A stretch of 36,200 nucleotides of DNA from IMG/VR virus record IMGVR_UViG_3300037755_000903, positions 1-36,200 of that record; one strand, given 5' to 3'. The notes below the pieces were generated by a model, which saw nothing but the letters and a program-made list of their open reading frames with translations, had not been told where the DNA came from and did not search any database. A program made the translations under genes and the position numbers. Positions 16,563-25,905 of the stretch are shown piece after piece; within the stretch, counting starts at the first letter, position 1, and each line of letters begins with the position of its first letter. This DNA comes from a virus (Duplodnaviria; Caudoviricetes).

Positions 16563-18058
16563 TACGCCCCCACCTCCCCTTCGGCGAGGATCTCGTCCGC
16601 TCGGGTCACACCGGACCCCAACCGCTGACCACAGGCCCGACACCACGACCGGTGCGCCCGGTAGTCCTCCAGACGCGCCACCTGCGACTCCAGCAGCCCC
16701 GTACCCGCACCGTCCTTCGGCTCCAGGCACGACAGGTCCAGCTTCCCCGACTCGAACAGCACCCGCTTCACGTCCGCGGTCTCCCAGTAGTCCTGCCCCG
16801 GGACCATCTGCATGGCCCGGCCGGCCACCTCGAAGTCCACCTCACGGTGCACCCTCACCAGGAACAGCTCGGACTCGGGCTCGAACCACGAGCCGTCCCC
16901 CTGGTAGGGGGCCTGCAGGGCGTCGGCGCCGACCGCGTCGATGAACCGGCGGGCGGTGTCGTCCCACGTCCAGCCGGCGGCCACCTCCTTCGCAGAGTGC
17001 TCGGCGTGGGCTTGCGCCTGCCCGTAGTTCTCGTAGACCCACCGCATCTGGTCCACCAGGTCGTCCACGTCCGGTTCCCACCAGCACATGTCCGGGTGGT
17101 TGCCGTAGATGAAGTAGTCGGCGGGCACCTTCGTCGAGTCGATGCCGTAGCCGAGATGGGCGAAGTCGGCGTGGCCGTGGGCATCGGTCAGGATCGTCGG
17201 GAGACCCTGCGCGATCGCCTGCAACGGCTGCAACCCGAACCCCTCGCCACGAGACGGCTGCACGTAGCAGTGCGCGGCGGCGTAGAGGGCCACCTCCTCC
17301 TCGGCAGAAACGTGACCCTGCACGCACTCCATCCGGTCCGTCAGGTGCAGCGTCTGGCCAGTCTCCGCCGGCCGGCCGTCGGCCCCCACCTTCATCATCC
17401 CGCGAGGCGACTTGAACGTCATGTACGGCACCGGGCCATCACCCCAGGACCCTTCGGGGAACGCGGCCAGGAACGCCTTGTGGGCCACGTCCTGGCCCTT
17501 GCGCGACCCGGACCCGCCGTGCAGGAACCGGAAGTAGCGACCCAGCGGCGGCCGCGGCGTGAACCCCCACCGGTTCGGGTCGACGCCCAAGGGCACCGTC
17601 ACCACGTTCGGGTGGTGCTGCGCGAACAGCACCCGGTTCTGCTCGCAGGGCACGACCACCGTGTCGAAGGCGTGCAGGTTCTCCCGGAACGACTCGGGCA
17701 CGTAGTCGGTCTCGAACATGGTGAAGATCACCGCCCGCTGCCCCTCCCGCCACCCCGCCGCATGGGTGGGCACCGACACCCACGCCACGACGCCGGTGTC
17801 CTTCGTCGGCCCGTCCGGCGCTGGGGCAGACCGTGGTCCGGGTCGCGCCTGGGTCAGCATCTCCTCGAGGACGGTCGGGTCGGCCTCCGGCCGGTGCTGA
17901 CGGTCGTAGACGGTGACGCCGGCCCGGGTGAGCGCTGCGGCGAGCTCGACGCCGAGGCGGCCGTAGCCGATGGTCGGGTCGTGCACGTACAGCAGGCTGA
18001 TCTCGCCTCGGTCGTCCATCCCATGCTCCTCGGAGAAGTCGGCACTTGCCGTGTTCAC
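16562..18058 (-). CDS. Glycosyltransferase family 4 (GT-B) with an extra C-terminal domain
   Basis: GYGRLG...FTMFETD...PLGVD...RKGQD...YVQPSRGEGFGLQPLQAIAQGLPTI. GTG start at 18058 overlaps the upstream stop. Confidence 0.9.
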   Translation of the reverse strand: MNTASADFSEEHGMDDRGEISLLYVHDPTIGYGRLGVELAAALTRAGVTVYDRQHRPEADPTVLEEMLTQARPGPRSAPAPDGPTKDTGVVAWVSVPTHAAGWREGQRAVIFTMFETDYVPESFRENLHAFDTVVVPCEQNRVLFAQHHPNVVTVPLGVDPNRWGFTPRPPLGRYFRFLHGGSGSRKGQDVAHKAFLAAFPEGSWGDGPVPYMTFKSPRGMMKVGADGRPAETGQTLHLTDRMECVQGHVSAEEEVALYAAAHCYVQPSRGEGFGLQPLQAIAQGLPTILTDAHGHADFAHLGYGIDSTKVPADYFIYGNHPDMCWWEPDVDDLVDQMRWVYENYGQAQAHAEHSAKEVAAGWTWDDTARRFIDAVGADALQAPYQGDGSWFEPESELFLVRVHREVDFEVAGRAMQMVPGQDYWETADVKRVLFESGKLDLSCLEPKDGAGTGLLESQVARLEDYRAHRSWCRACGQRLGSGVTRADEILAEGEVGA

Positions 18059-18324
18059 GGTACCTGTCTGCCTTCTACCTGGGCGGGACTGGCGGCCGTC
18101 GCTTCGGCCCGGGCGGCACCATCGATGCGCGGCGGGCGGAGCCCTTCGGCTCGGAGACGCCGGTAGGCGGGGATGTCGCGGCTCCAGCGCTTCTCGCGGT
18201 GCACGGTGCGGAAGGCCTGCTGGCCGCCCGTGCGGGTGGGCGTGTCGGAGGGCAGTCCAATGGTGACCCCGCGCACGTGCTCCTTCCACGTCCGGCACCG
18301 GCACGGACCGTTGCAGGCAGCCAC
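18055..18324 (-). CDS. Hypothetical protein (89 aa)
   Basis: EKRWSRDIPAYRRLRAEGLRPPRIDG. Abuts both neighbours. Confidence 0.7.
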   Translation of the reverse strand: MAACNGPCRCRTWKEHVRGVTIGLPSDTPTRTGGQQAFRTVHREKRWSRDIPAYRRLRAEGLRPPRIDGAARAEATAASPAQVEGRQVP

Positions 18325-19779
18325 CTACAGCACCGCCCCGAGGGCAGCGACTTCGGCGTCGTCGAGCGCCCGGTCGTAGATGATGGCGGCCTCCGTGTAG
18401 CAGTTGTCTCCGCCCACGAGGACCGTCGCCGAGGGCGACACCGCTCCCAACGCCGAAGCGTCGACCGCCGCACCGACCTGCACGCCGTCCACGTACACGC
18501 GCAGCTCGTCGGCGGCCCGGTCGAGCACGGCCACGTGCACCACGTCGTCGGTGGTGAGGCTGCCGAACGTGGCGGAGACGGCGTTCGAGCCGTCGTTGAG
18601 CACGAACGAGTTGGGCAAGGAGAAGCCGGGGGCGTGGATGAACGCCCATCCGGGGGCCGAGCCGACGTTGCGGCCGAAGCGCACGAAGGCCGGGCCGATG
18701 AGACGGCCCCGCCAAGCGAAGGTGGCCGAGTCTTCGGCGCCGATGTCGAACCGGGCGTCGCTGGCGAAGGCGTGCGCCGCGTTCAACGTGCCCACCCACG
18801 TCAGCCGTGAGGGCGCACCGGTCACCGCTCCACCGGTCGTGTGTGCCGCCCACCCCGTGGTGTCCGCAGCGTCGAAGGTGTAGAGCGGGTCGCCGTCGAT
18901 GCCGTCGAGAACGTCCACCGTGTAGAGGGCGAGCAGACCCGTGCTCGCTGGGCCGACCAGCACAGCCGACGCGTTCGGCGGCTCGTCGAAGGCGACCACG
19001 CCCAGGGTCTCGGTGAAGACCTCCACGTCGTTCGCGTACAGGGTGACGACCCCGGTGGCCGCGACGATCGTCAGCCGGTAGTCCTCGACGGCCAGACCGT
19101 CGGCCCACTGGCCGAGATCCACGTCGGCCTCGGGGTCCCACTGGTTCGGCGTCGAGACCGATGAGTCCCAGTCGTAGCCGGCCCCGATCCCGCCGTCGTC
19201 GCGCAGCAGCATCGCCGACTCGCCCCAGTCGGTCACCCCGCCGTCCCCGGCGTTCGGGATGTTGAACGTCTCCGCCCAGTGGGTCAGGTCGTCGTTGTCG
19301 TGGTGGGGCAGCACGGCGCAACGCCAGCGCACGTCCACGTCGCTCATCCACACACCCGTCGCCGTGCCCCCGGTGAGCGCCATCCGACCGATGAGCGCCG
19401 AGCCAGCGAAGGACGTGGACGTGAGGATCTTCGGGTTCGGCTCCGGTGGCGTCGAGCCCGCGCCGCCGGTCAGGTCGCGCATCTGCGCACCGCCACCGTT
19501 GCGGCGAGCGTCCACCCGCCACACCGCCTCCGCCAACAGCGGATCCACGTCCACGATCGACGACAACGCACCCGCCGCATCCAACCCCGGCTCACCGCCC
19601 AGCAGGAACGCCAGCAGCTGGCACACGCCGTTCAGCTCCAGCCCAACGACACCCGCCTTCACGTTCAGCGCCCCGACGACCTCCAGGCCCTCGGTCCCAG
19701 CCCACACGTTCGCCGCACCAGCAGCCTCCAGCCCCGAGGTCCCGGCCAGCCGGTTCAGCGACTCCACGATCTCAGCCAC
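18325..19779 (-). CDS. Virion fibre/decoration protein with C-terminal LamG/concanavalin-like domain(s)
   Basis: Repeated LNxxAGTxGL N-terminus. C-terminal HVAVLDR...LRVYVDGVQV...IYDRALDDAEV. Confidence 0.7.
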   Translation of the reverse strand: MAEIVESLNRLAGTSGLEAAGAANVWAGTEGLEVVGALNVKAGVVGLELNGVCQLLAFLLGGEPGLDAAGALSSIVDVDPLLAEAVWRVDARRNGGGAQMRDLTGGAGSTPPEPNPKILTSTSFAGSALIGRMALTGGTATGVWMSDVDVRWRCAVLPHHDNDDLTHWAETFNIPNAGDGGVTDWGESAMLLRDDGGIGAGYDWDSSVSTPNQWDPEADVDLGQWADGLAVEDYRLTIVAATGVVTLYANDVEVFTETLGVVAFDEPPNASAVLVGPASTGLLALYTVDVLDGIDGDPLYTFDAADTTGWAAHTTGGAVTGAPSRLTWVGTLNAAHAFASDARFDIGAEDSATFAWRGRLIGPAFVRFGRNVGSAPGWAFIHAPGFSLPNSFVLNDGSNAVSATFGSLTTDDVVHVAVLDRAADELRVYVDGVQVGAAVDASALGAVSPSATVLVGGDNCYTEAAIIYDRALDDAEVAALGAVL

Positions 19780-20062
19780 CGGAGTCCACCACCTCGTACC
19801 CGGCCGCCTCGAGAACCACCTGCTGAGCCTCGGTCACCTCGTAGGGACCATGGCCGCCGTAGAACGTCGCCGACGCATCCGCCACCCTCATCGGCTGCAC
19901 CTCAGTGGCCACGCCACCCACGATCCACACGTTCACCCCACGAGAAGGCCCACGGAAGTGCCGCATCAGCCGCACCGCCGGATCGGACGACAGACGCCGG
20001 GCCTGACCAGCAGGCACCGACGGCGTGCGATCATCCGACGGCGGCGTGAACAGCAGAACCAC
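19772..20062 (-). CDS. Small putative head-associated protein
   Basis: FTPP...YGGHGPYEVTEAQQVVLEAAGY, with a GGAGG RBS after the capsid gene. Confidence 0.65.
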   Translation of the reverse strand: MVLLFTPPSDDRTPSVPAGQARRLSSDPAVRLMRHFRGPSRGVNVWIVGGVATEVQPMRVADASATFYGGHGPYEVTEAQQVVLEAAGYEVVDSGG

Positions 20063-20083
20063 AAGCCACCTCCACCCATGCAG

Positions 20084-20132
20084 AGAAGGGGACCCCGGAC
20101 CGGCGGAGCATGGGGGAGCCGCCGGCCCGGGG
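20084..20132 (-). terminator. Intrinsic terminator/attenuator after the major capsid gene
   Basis: 14-bp stem (20093-20106 with 20119-20132, one G-U pair) followed by UCCCCUUCUCU. Confidence 0.6.
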
Positions 20133-20147
20133 GAACCTCAGAGCCGA

Positions 20148-21101
20148 TCAGGGGGCGTTGTCACCGATCGACGCCGCCGACTCCACCCGCCACAGCGACT
20201 GCTCACGGAACCGGTCGTAGCCGCCCAGCCAGTACCAGCCCAGCGGGTGGAAGCGCTTCAGCTTGTCGGTCACCGGACCGACCACGACCTTCGCGGTCGG
20301 CGCCGACCGCGAGGACGAGTACGCCTTGGCCAGCGCCTGGCGGCCCACGAACAGCGTGGCGTACACGTCGGTCAGCGTGGTGGACGAGCCGGCGTCGGCG
20401 AACACGGGGGCCCGAGGCGTCTCCACGAAGCGGAACCCCTCGAAGGAGCCCACCTCGCCCATCCAGATCTCGTCGGGCTTCGAGTACGTGTGCGGGTCCC
20501 GCCACGCAGCGGCACCCGTCTCCTCACGGAGATCCACGGCCACGTCCGGGTCGATGAACGAGGCGTACATCGACCCGAACCAGCCCGCCACCGACGCCCC
20601 TCGCAGCTTCGCCTTGACGTAGCGCACGTCATGGGCGGTGATCTCGTCGGTGGGGATCACCGTGTTCCGGGCCGTGGCCTGGCCGGCGTAGCGGACGTTG
20701 TCGCCGGCCTGCAGAGGCGTGCGGGCGATGATGTCCTGGGAGTCACCGGCGTTCCAGCCGATCAGGTTCGCCTTGTCCGTCTCGACGTTGAGGAACGACG
20801 TGCCCATCAGCTTCGCCGTGGTCATCGCAGCGTTGCCGTACTCGGTCAGGACCACGTCGACCTGGCCATCCGAGAGCGCCACGGCGTCCACGTCGACCGA
20901 CTCGTTCAGCGCCGAGGTCGCCGGCGCCATCTCGTCGTAGAGTGTGAACTTCACCGTGTCGCCCGGCATCGCCTGCTTGGTGGGCTTCACGTCGGCCACC
21001 TGATCGAAGAGCAGGAAGTCGCGCAGCTGGAAGTAGGCGAAGCGGTCGTACGCGTCCTGGACGGACTCAAGCGACGCCGTGGTGGTCATCACATCGGACA
21101 T
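20148..21101 (-). CDS. Major capsid protein (N4-gp56-like, HK97 fold)
   Basis: MPGDTVKFTLY...LTEYGNA...FIDPDVAVDLR...GEVGSFEGFRFVETP...VTDKLKRFHPLGWY. Confidence 0.92.
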   Translation of the reverse strand: MSDVMTTTASLESVQDAYDRFAYFQLRDFLLFDQVADVKPTKQAMPGDTVKFTLYDEMAPATSALNESVDVDAVALSDGQVDVVLTEYGNAAMTTAKLMGTSFLNVETDKANLIGWNAGDSQDIIARTPLQAGDNVRYAGQATARNTVIPTDEITAHDVRYVKAKLRGASVAGWFGSMYASFIDPDVAVDLREETGAAAWRDPHTYSKPDEIWMGEVGSFEGFRFVETPRAPVFADAGSSTTLTDVYATLFVGRQALAKAYSSSRSAPTAKVVVGPVTDKLKRFHPLGWYWLGGYDRFREQSLWRVESAASIGDNAP

Positions 21102-21135
21102 TGGGGTCCTCTCTGGTCGCCCTCAGGCGGCCTGT

Positions 21136-21642
21136 TCAGCCTTCGGCGTCCACGCGGTGGCCCTTGCTGACCAGGAACTGCGTCAGCTCTTCGGGGCTCT
21201 GCGCCGTGCGGATGCCGTCGCTGAGGGATGGGGGGGGAGCGGCGCCACCAGCGGTGGCGGCTGCTTCCTGCACGGCCTGAGCGGCCTGCTGGGTCGCCTC
21301 GGACACGTCCGGCTGGTTGGCAGCAGCGGGATCGGTGGCCACCTGCTGGGTGGCCTCCGTGCCCTCGCCGTCACCACCGACGCCGTACTCGGCCGCGAAC
21401 GCCTTGATGGCCTCCGCATCCGGGTCGCCCTCGTACGCCTTGCGGACCAGCGCCCCGGGCCCCTTGGTGGGGATCCCGGCGGCGGTGAACGCCTGCTCGC
21501 GCTCGAGGCCCTGCGCCCTCTTCTCGGCGGAAGCCGCTCGTTCGTTGGCCTCCTTGACGAGCCGGCGAAGGTCGCCGGGGCTCAGCTCCTCGTCTGCGGT
21601 CTGCGTGTCCACCTGGGTGTCCGTGCCTGTCGTGTCGCTCAT
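21136..21642 (-). CDS. Capsid scaffolding protein
   Basis: Acidic and helical (DLRRLVKEANER...REQAFTAAGI...YEGD...IKAFAAEYG...IRTAQSPEEL). Directly upstream of the capsid gene. Confidence 0.8.
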   Translation of the reverse strand: MSDTTGTDTQVDTQTADEELSPGDLRRLVKEANERAASAEKRAQGLEREQAFTAAGIPTKGPGALVRKAYEGDPDAEAIKAFAAEYGVGGDGEGTEATQQVATDPAAANQPDVSEATQQAAQAVQEAAATAGGAAPPPSLSDGIRTAQSPEELTQFLVSKGHRVDAEG

Positions 21643-21987
21643 GTCGGTCTGTTCTCCCGGTTGGTCCGTGTCTCACCGGGTGCTGGGGTGCACCTGCGGT
21701 GGCGGGCCCGCGTGGGTCGGAGGGAAGGGGCGCCCTGTGCGGGCGTGAAGAGGGGGCCCCTCGTGGGGCTCGACCGAGGAGGCCGTGTCTCACCCGGAGC
21801 CGGTCGGCCCGCCGGGTGGCGGCTGAGCGCTGCTGGGTGCGGCCCGTGATCGTGGCGGCTACTTGCGCTGGTGGGGCCGGGGCCTCACCAGCGGGGGGCG
21901 TGGGCGTGACCCTCGCTCCCTACTCACCCCCGTCACTGCCGGGGGCGGCTCACCTCACGTGCGCACACCCTGAAGCTGCGGTGCTCA
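21643..21987 (-). ncRNA. Candidate long structured leader RNA of the scaffold-capsid operon
   Basis: No credible ORF. Multiple hairpins, an H-type pseudoknot and GGTGAGACACGG twice, downstream of a promoter. Confidence 0.45.
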
Positions 21988-21993
21988 GAGGTG

Positions 21994-22023
21994 AGACTAC
22001 GGCAAGTGTGGGGGGTACGGCAA
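21994..22023 (-). promoter_or_regulatory. Late promoter
   Basis: TTGCCG (22023-22018), 18 bp, TAGTCT (21999-21994). TTGCCGTA occurs twice, 18 bp apart. Confidence 0.6.
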
Positions 22024-22044
22024 GGACCGCAGAGATTCCACCTA

Positions 22045-23001
22045 CTACGACGAGGTCCCCACCCCGCCCAGCCCCTCAGACCCACCAGCGAACCCGCCCC
22101 CACCGGAGAACTGAGCCAGCCGCCGGGCACGCTGACGCTCCACCACCGCCGTGGCCTCCTGGTCGCCCTCCAGCACCCCCAACTGCGTCTCCCGAGACAC
22201 AGCCTGCTCCCCACCATCGAGCGGCCGGAACAACTCCGAGGACTCCCGCAACGCCCCGAAGCCCTCACGGGCCGCCGCCGAATCCAGCCCCGCGGCGTCC
22301 AACCGCTCCGCCTCCGACGCCGTGAGATCACCCCAACCCTGCATGCCCGCCTCACCGGCCAAACGCGACGCCCTCCACTTCCGCTGCAGCACCTGCCACC
22401 CCTGCTCCGGATCGGCAAAGACCGCCGCCAAGTCGCCGGGGGCGAACCCGTAGTTCCGCTCGAGCGCGTCCCGGTACTCCTGCGGCGACGACACGGCCGC
22501 CTCCACGTAGCCCTGCAGCCGCTCCTCCAGCTCCACCGGCGACACATCCGCCACGATCAGGTTCGCCAGGTCATCCGTCGTGTCCCAGAACGACTCTGGG
22601 AAGCCGTAGGAGCGCATCAACGTCACCGCCTGCCGCTCGTACGCCAAGACCTCCTCTGGTGACACAGGGGGCAGCCCAGCGGTCTCACGGTCGAAGATGG
22701 CACGGAACCTGGTCCGGTACAGGTCCTGATCGCGCAGCGACTGCAGGATCTGGGTCTCCGAGTCGCCGTCCACGATCCGCTGCCACGCCCACTCGGCGAG
22801 CCCGTCGAGCCCGTAGCGGCCCAGCAGCTCCTTGATCGTCGAGAAGGCATCGGACTGGGCGTCGGTCGGCGGGGCCGTGTCGTCGCCACCCGGCTCGTAC
22901 GGCGACCCCGGCGGGCGGAACAGATCCTCGTTCCCGTCGCCCCACTGATCAGGGATCTCTCCCCAGTAGTCACCACGCCCGGGATCTTCGGCCATGCTCA
23001 C
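22045..23001 (-). CDS. Putative internal virion/ejection protein
   Basis: Helical; C-terminal ERQRARRLAQFSGGGG. Lies in a coupled block with the peptidoglycan hydrolase. Confidence 0.65.
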   Translation of the reverse strand: MSMAEDPGRGDYWGEIPDQWGDGNEDLFRPPGSPYEPGGDDTAPPTDAQSDAFSTIKELLGRYGLDGLAEWAWQRIVDGDSETQILQSLRDQDLYRTRFRAIFDRETAGLPPVSPEEVLAYERQAVTLMRSYGFPESFWDTTDDLANLIVADVSPVELEERLQGYVEAAVSSPQEYRDALERNYGFAPGDLAAVFADPEQGWQVLQRKWRASRLAGEAGMQGWGDLTASEAERLDAAGLDSAAAREGFGALRESSELFRPLDGGEQAVSRETQLGVLEGDQEATAVVERQRARRLAQFSGGGGFAGGSEGLGGVGTSS

Positions 23002-23921
23002 GCCGCCACCCCACCCATCATCCGCGTCAGGTTCTCAGCGAACACCGACGCCTCCTGACCGGCACCCTTCGTCGCCTTCCACCGCTCCGAACCACGCACC
23101 AGCCGCTCCGTCTCCGACAACGTCATCGGCCGGATCTGCCCATCCTCACCCGCATGGGAGATCACCTGCTTCCACTCCGAGTCGCGCATCAGATCCACCT
23201 GGTCCGGCGTCGTCTCCAACTGCTCGGCGATCGTCGCTCGGTACGGCTCGAAGAACTGGAACGGCGTCACCCCCTGATCGATGTAGGTCGCCAGGTGCGC
23301 CCACCGCTGCTTGGCCTGGTCGGCGTAGAGCGCCTGCATGCCCTCGACGGTCTGCTGGCCGCCCATGATGCGCAGCGCCGTGTCGAACCGGCCACGGTCG
23401 GTGCCATCGAGCATGTACTGAGCCTGGAGCTCGCGCAGCTGCTGGATGGTGGCGCCGACGTCCCCACCGATCGCCTTGGTCTGCGCTCCCGACTGGGCGC
23501 CCGAGCCCTCCCCGTAGTCGCCCCACTTGATCGTGGAGAGCACGGCGTCGGTGACCTGGTTGTCGTCCCAGCCCTCGCGCAGGGCGGTGACGGCGATCCA
23601 GTGCTGGCCCTGCGCGGTGAGGCTGCGGCCCATCGACCCGGACAGGTCCGACAGGCGGGCCCGCATCTGCTTCACCTGGCTCATCGCCGACGCGGGGTCG
23701 AGGTTCGCGAAGGCGTCCCACTTCCGCTTGGAGTCCGACGTGGTCTTCCAGTAGTTGGTGGCGTACAGCTTCTGCTGGAAGGTGGCCGCGTCGTACTCGC
23801 CGGCCACCGCCTTGAGGAGCAGGGGGCCTACTTCCTTGTTGTCGAGGAGGTAGGCCGCGGAGGGGTACTCCTTGCGGACGCGGTCGATGAGGGAGAAGAG
23901 GTCTGCGTAGGAGCCGGCCAT
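22998..23921 (-). CDS. Putative internal virion/ejection protein (307 aa)
   Basis: MAGSYADL start with TGATG overlap. Contains FQQKLYATNYWKT...RPMTLSETERLVR...WKAT. Confidence 0.65.
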   Translation of the reverse strand: MAGSYADLFSLIDRVRKEYPSAAYLLDNKEVGPLLLKAVAGEYDAATFQQKLYATNYWKTTSDSKRKWDAFANLDPASAMSQVKQMRARLSDLSGSMGRSLTAQGQHWIAVTALREGWDDNQVTDAVLSTIKWGDYGEGSGAQSGAQTKAIGGDVGATIQQLRELQAQYMLDGTDRGRFDTALRIMGGQQTVEGMQALYADQAKQRWAHLATYIDQGVTPFQFFEPYRATIAEQLETTPDQVDLMRDSEWKQVISHAGEDGQIRPMTLSETERLVRGSERWKATKGAGQEASVFAENLTRMMGGVAA

Positions 23922-25141
23922 CAGCGCATCGCCTTCGCTGCGCCGCGACGATCGGCGATGGGGCGGGTGCGGGCGCCGCCTCCGAGGGGCATGTATCGGC
24001 GCACGAGACCTCCTGGGGTGCCGAGGTCGAGGCGGCGGTTGTTCCGGCCTTCGGTGACCTGGCCGGCGCCGGGGGTGGTGAGGCCGCCGAGGGAGGCGAC
24101 GGCCTGGCGGGCTGTGTCGAGGTTCTGGCGGTAGATGCCCTTGGTGTACACGGTCCATGGGCCGAAGTTGGTGCCGCCTGCGCTGATCTCCCATGCGGCC
24201 CGGGCGTTGAAGAGGGGGTCTTCCAGGCGGCTGGGGTCTCGGGGCGCCCCACTCCCTGCTTCGCCCACCCGTGAGCGGATCTGCATGAGGCCGATGCTGT
24301 GCCCCCAGCCGCCCTTGGCGATGGAGGTGTCGCCGTGTGCGTTGGCTCGCAGCCCGGACTCGCCCATGGCGACGGCCACCGCGGTGACGAGCGCCTCGCC
24401 GCGGAAGCCGGCGGCGGCGAGGTAGGAGGCGGCCTGGGTGGGGGAGAGGGCGCCGCCGGAGCCCTGAGCTTGGCCGGGTCCGGTCGGGCCACCGGGCGCG
24501 GTCGCGCCGAGCCCGCCGCCCACCGCAGCGACACTCCCACCCCCGCCCCCCGTGCCGTCGGTCGCGGCCTCGGGGATCTGCGCCACCGAACCGAGGCCGA
24601 GCGAGTCCATGCTCCCCGCCACCCCGCGCTGCTCGGCGAAGGACGCCATGTCGACCCCGGACGGCAGGTCGTCGGCGAGCACCTCGGCAGGCTTGCCATC
24701 CTGGTAGGCGGCGTTCGCCTCCTCCGCGTCAGGGGTGAACATCGGACTGTTCAGGTGGTTGCCCTGCCCGAAGAGCATCTGCTCGATGTCCATCATCCGC
24801 TGTTCCACCGGATCGGTGTACGCCTGCTGGTCGACCCCTTGGCCCGGGTTCAACGACTCGACGTGCCACGGCTCGTGGTCCATCGGGAAGTGCAGCCCGA
24901 ACTGGGCGGCCACCCGATGAGCGCAGTCCAGGTCACCGGAGAGATCCACCGCCCCCACGTCCGGACGACCGTGGTTGCTCTTGCCCGGAGGCGCGGCGAG
25001 ATGCGGCTTCTCCGCGTACAGCCGAGCCTGCTCCTGCTCGGTCCGGAACCCCGAGGTGATCGACAGGCCAGGGCAGGCGCCCAACAGCGCGTTCATCTGA
25101 GCCTGGAAGCCCGGGTTGAACTCGGCGATCGACGATCCCAT
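23921..25141 (-). CDS. Virion-associated peptidoglycan hydrolase: M15 (VanY-like) peptidase plus lysozyme-like transglycosylase
   Basis: SGFRT..Q..LY...APPGKSNHG...AVDL...EPWHVE, then AVAVAMGESG...SIGLMQI...DPLFNARAA...FGPWTVY. Confidence 0.87.
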   Translation of the reverse strand: MGSSIAEFNPGFQAQMNALLGACPGLSITSGFRTEQEQARLYAEKPHLAAPPGKSNHGRPDVGAVDLSGDLDCAHRVAAQFGLHFPMDHEPWHVESLNPGQGVDQQAYTDPVEQRMMDIEQMLFGQGNHLNSPMFTPDAEEANAAYQDGKPAEVLADDLPSGVDMASFAEQRGVAGSMDSLGLGSVAQIPEAATDGTGGGGGSVAAVGGGLGATAPGGPTGPGQAQGSGGALSPTQAASYLAAAGFRGEALVTAVAVAMGESGLRANAHGDTSIAKGGWGHSIGLMQIRSRVGEAGSGAPRDPSRLEDPLFNARAAWEISAGGTNFGPWTVYTKGIYRQNLDTARQAVASLGGLTTPGAGQVTEGRNNRRLDLGTPGGLVRRYMPLGGGARTRPIADRRGAAKAMR

Positions 25142-25152
25142 GAGGTGCTACC

Positions 25153-25905
25153 TCACCTTCCGCTCGGCTGCACAGGCGCACCCTGCTGGATGAGCGCGTA
25201 GAACTGGTCCATCCGATCCAACGTGTCACGGCCCATCACCCCAGACGGGTCACGGCGCCGCACCTCATCCTCCGCCCACGTCTGCGCATCCGGCGGATTC
25301 ATGATCTCGTACCGCTCATCACCCACCGCCCCCTGCGACAGGTCGTACTCGCGCTCCTGAGCCCGACGCTCCACCGCCTGATACGCCGCCACCATCTGGT
25401 CGTACTCCCCATCAGAGAGCGCCTGACCCCGCATCGCCGACGCCACCTCACGGAACGTGTTCCGCAACGTCGCCGGATCCGACACCCGCACCGGCAGACC
25501 ACCACCCGCCCCACCACCACCAGCACCGGGGATCACGTTCCCGTCCTCGTCCACCGTCGCCACCGCACCCTGCAACCGCTGCAACGCCCGCTGCCACTCC
25601 AACCCCGTCTGATTCGCATACGCGAGGAGGGCTTCGAAGGCGGCCGCCGTCGCATCGTCCCACGTCCCGATCCGGAACCCGCCCGAGAGCAGCCGCGCCG
25701 CAGCCAACGCCCGCTGCAGGTTCGCGATGTCACCCGGGTTCCGATTCGCACCCTGGAACTGATCGCCGTCGGTGTACCGCGGCGCCATCGACCCCCACCC
25801 GACGTTCCCCGCAGCGTTCGGCGACGCATACCCGTCCGGCACCCCGATCGGCGCCGGCCCCGACGCGCCACCCGTGATGATCGGCGGCGGCGGCGTATCG
25901 CTCAT
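25153..25905 (-). CDS. Putative internal virion protein with a peptidoglycan-binding-like segment
   Basis: IANLQRALAAARLL...GTWDDATAAAF. Confidence 0.6.
   Translation of the reverse strand: MSDTPPPPIITGGASGPAPIGVPDGYASPNAAGNVGWGSMAPRYTDGDQFQGANRNPGDIANLQRALAAARLLSGGFRIGTWDDATAAAFEALLAYANQTGLEWQRALQRLQGAVATVDEDGNVIPGAGGGGAGGGLPVRVSDPATLRNTFREVASAMRGQALSDGEYDQMVAAYQAVERRAQEREYDLSQGAVGDERYEIMNPPDAQTWAEDEVRRRDPSGVMGRDTLDRMDQFYALIQQGAPVQPSGR

Noticed and set aside
18059-19522. 986-aa track ORF suggesting a giant glycosyltransferase
   Set aside because: The N-terminal half is Arg-rich off-frame sequence overlapping two real genes. The GT starts at about 18058.
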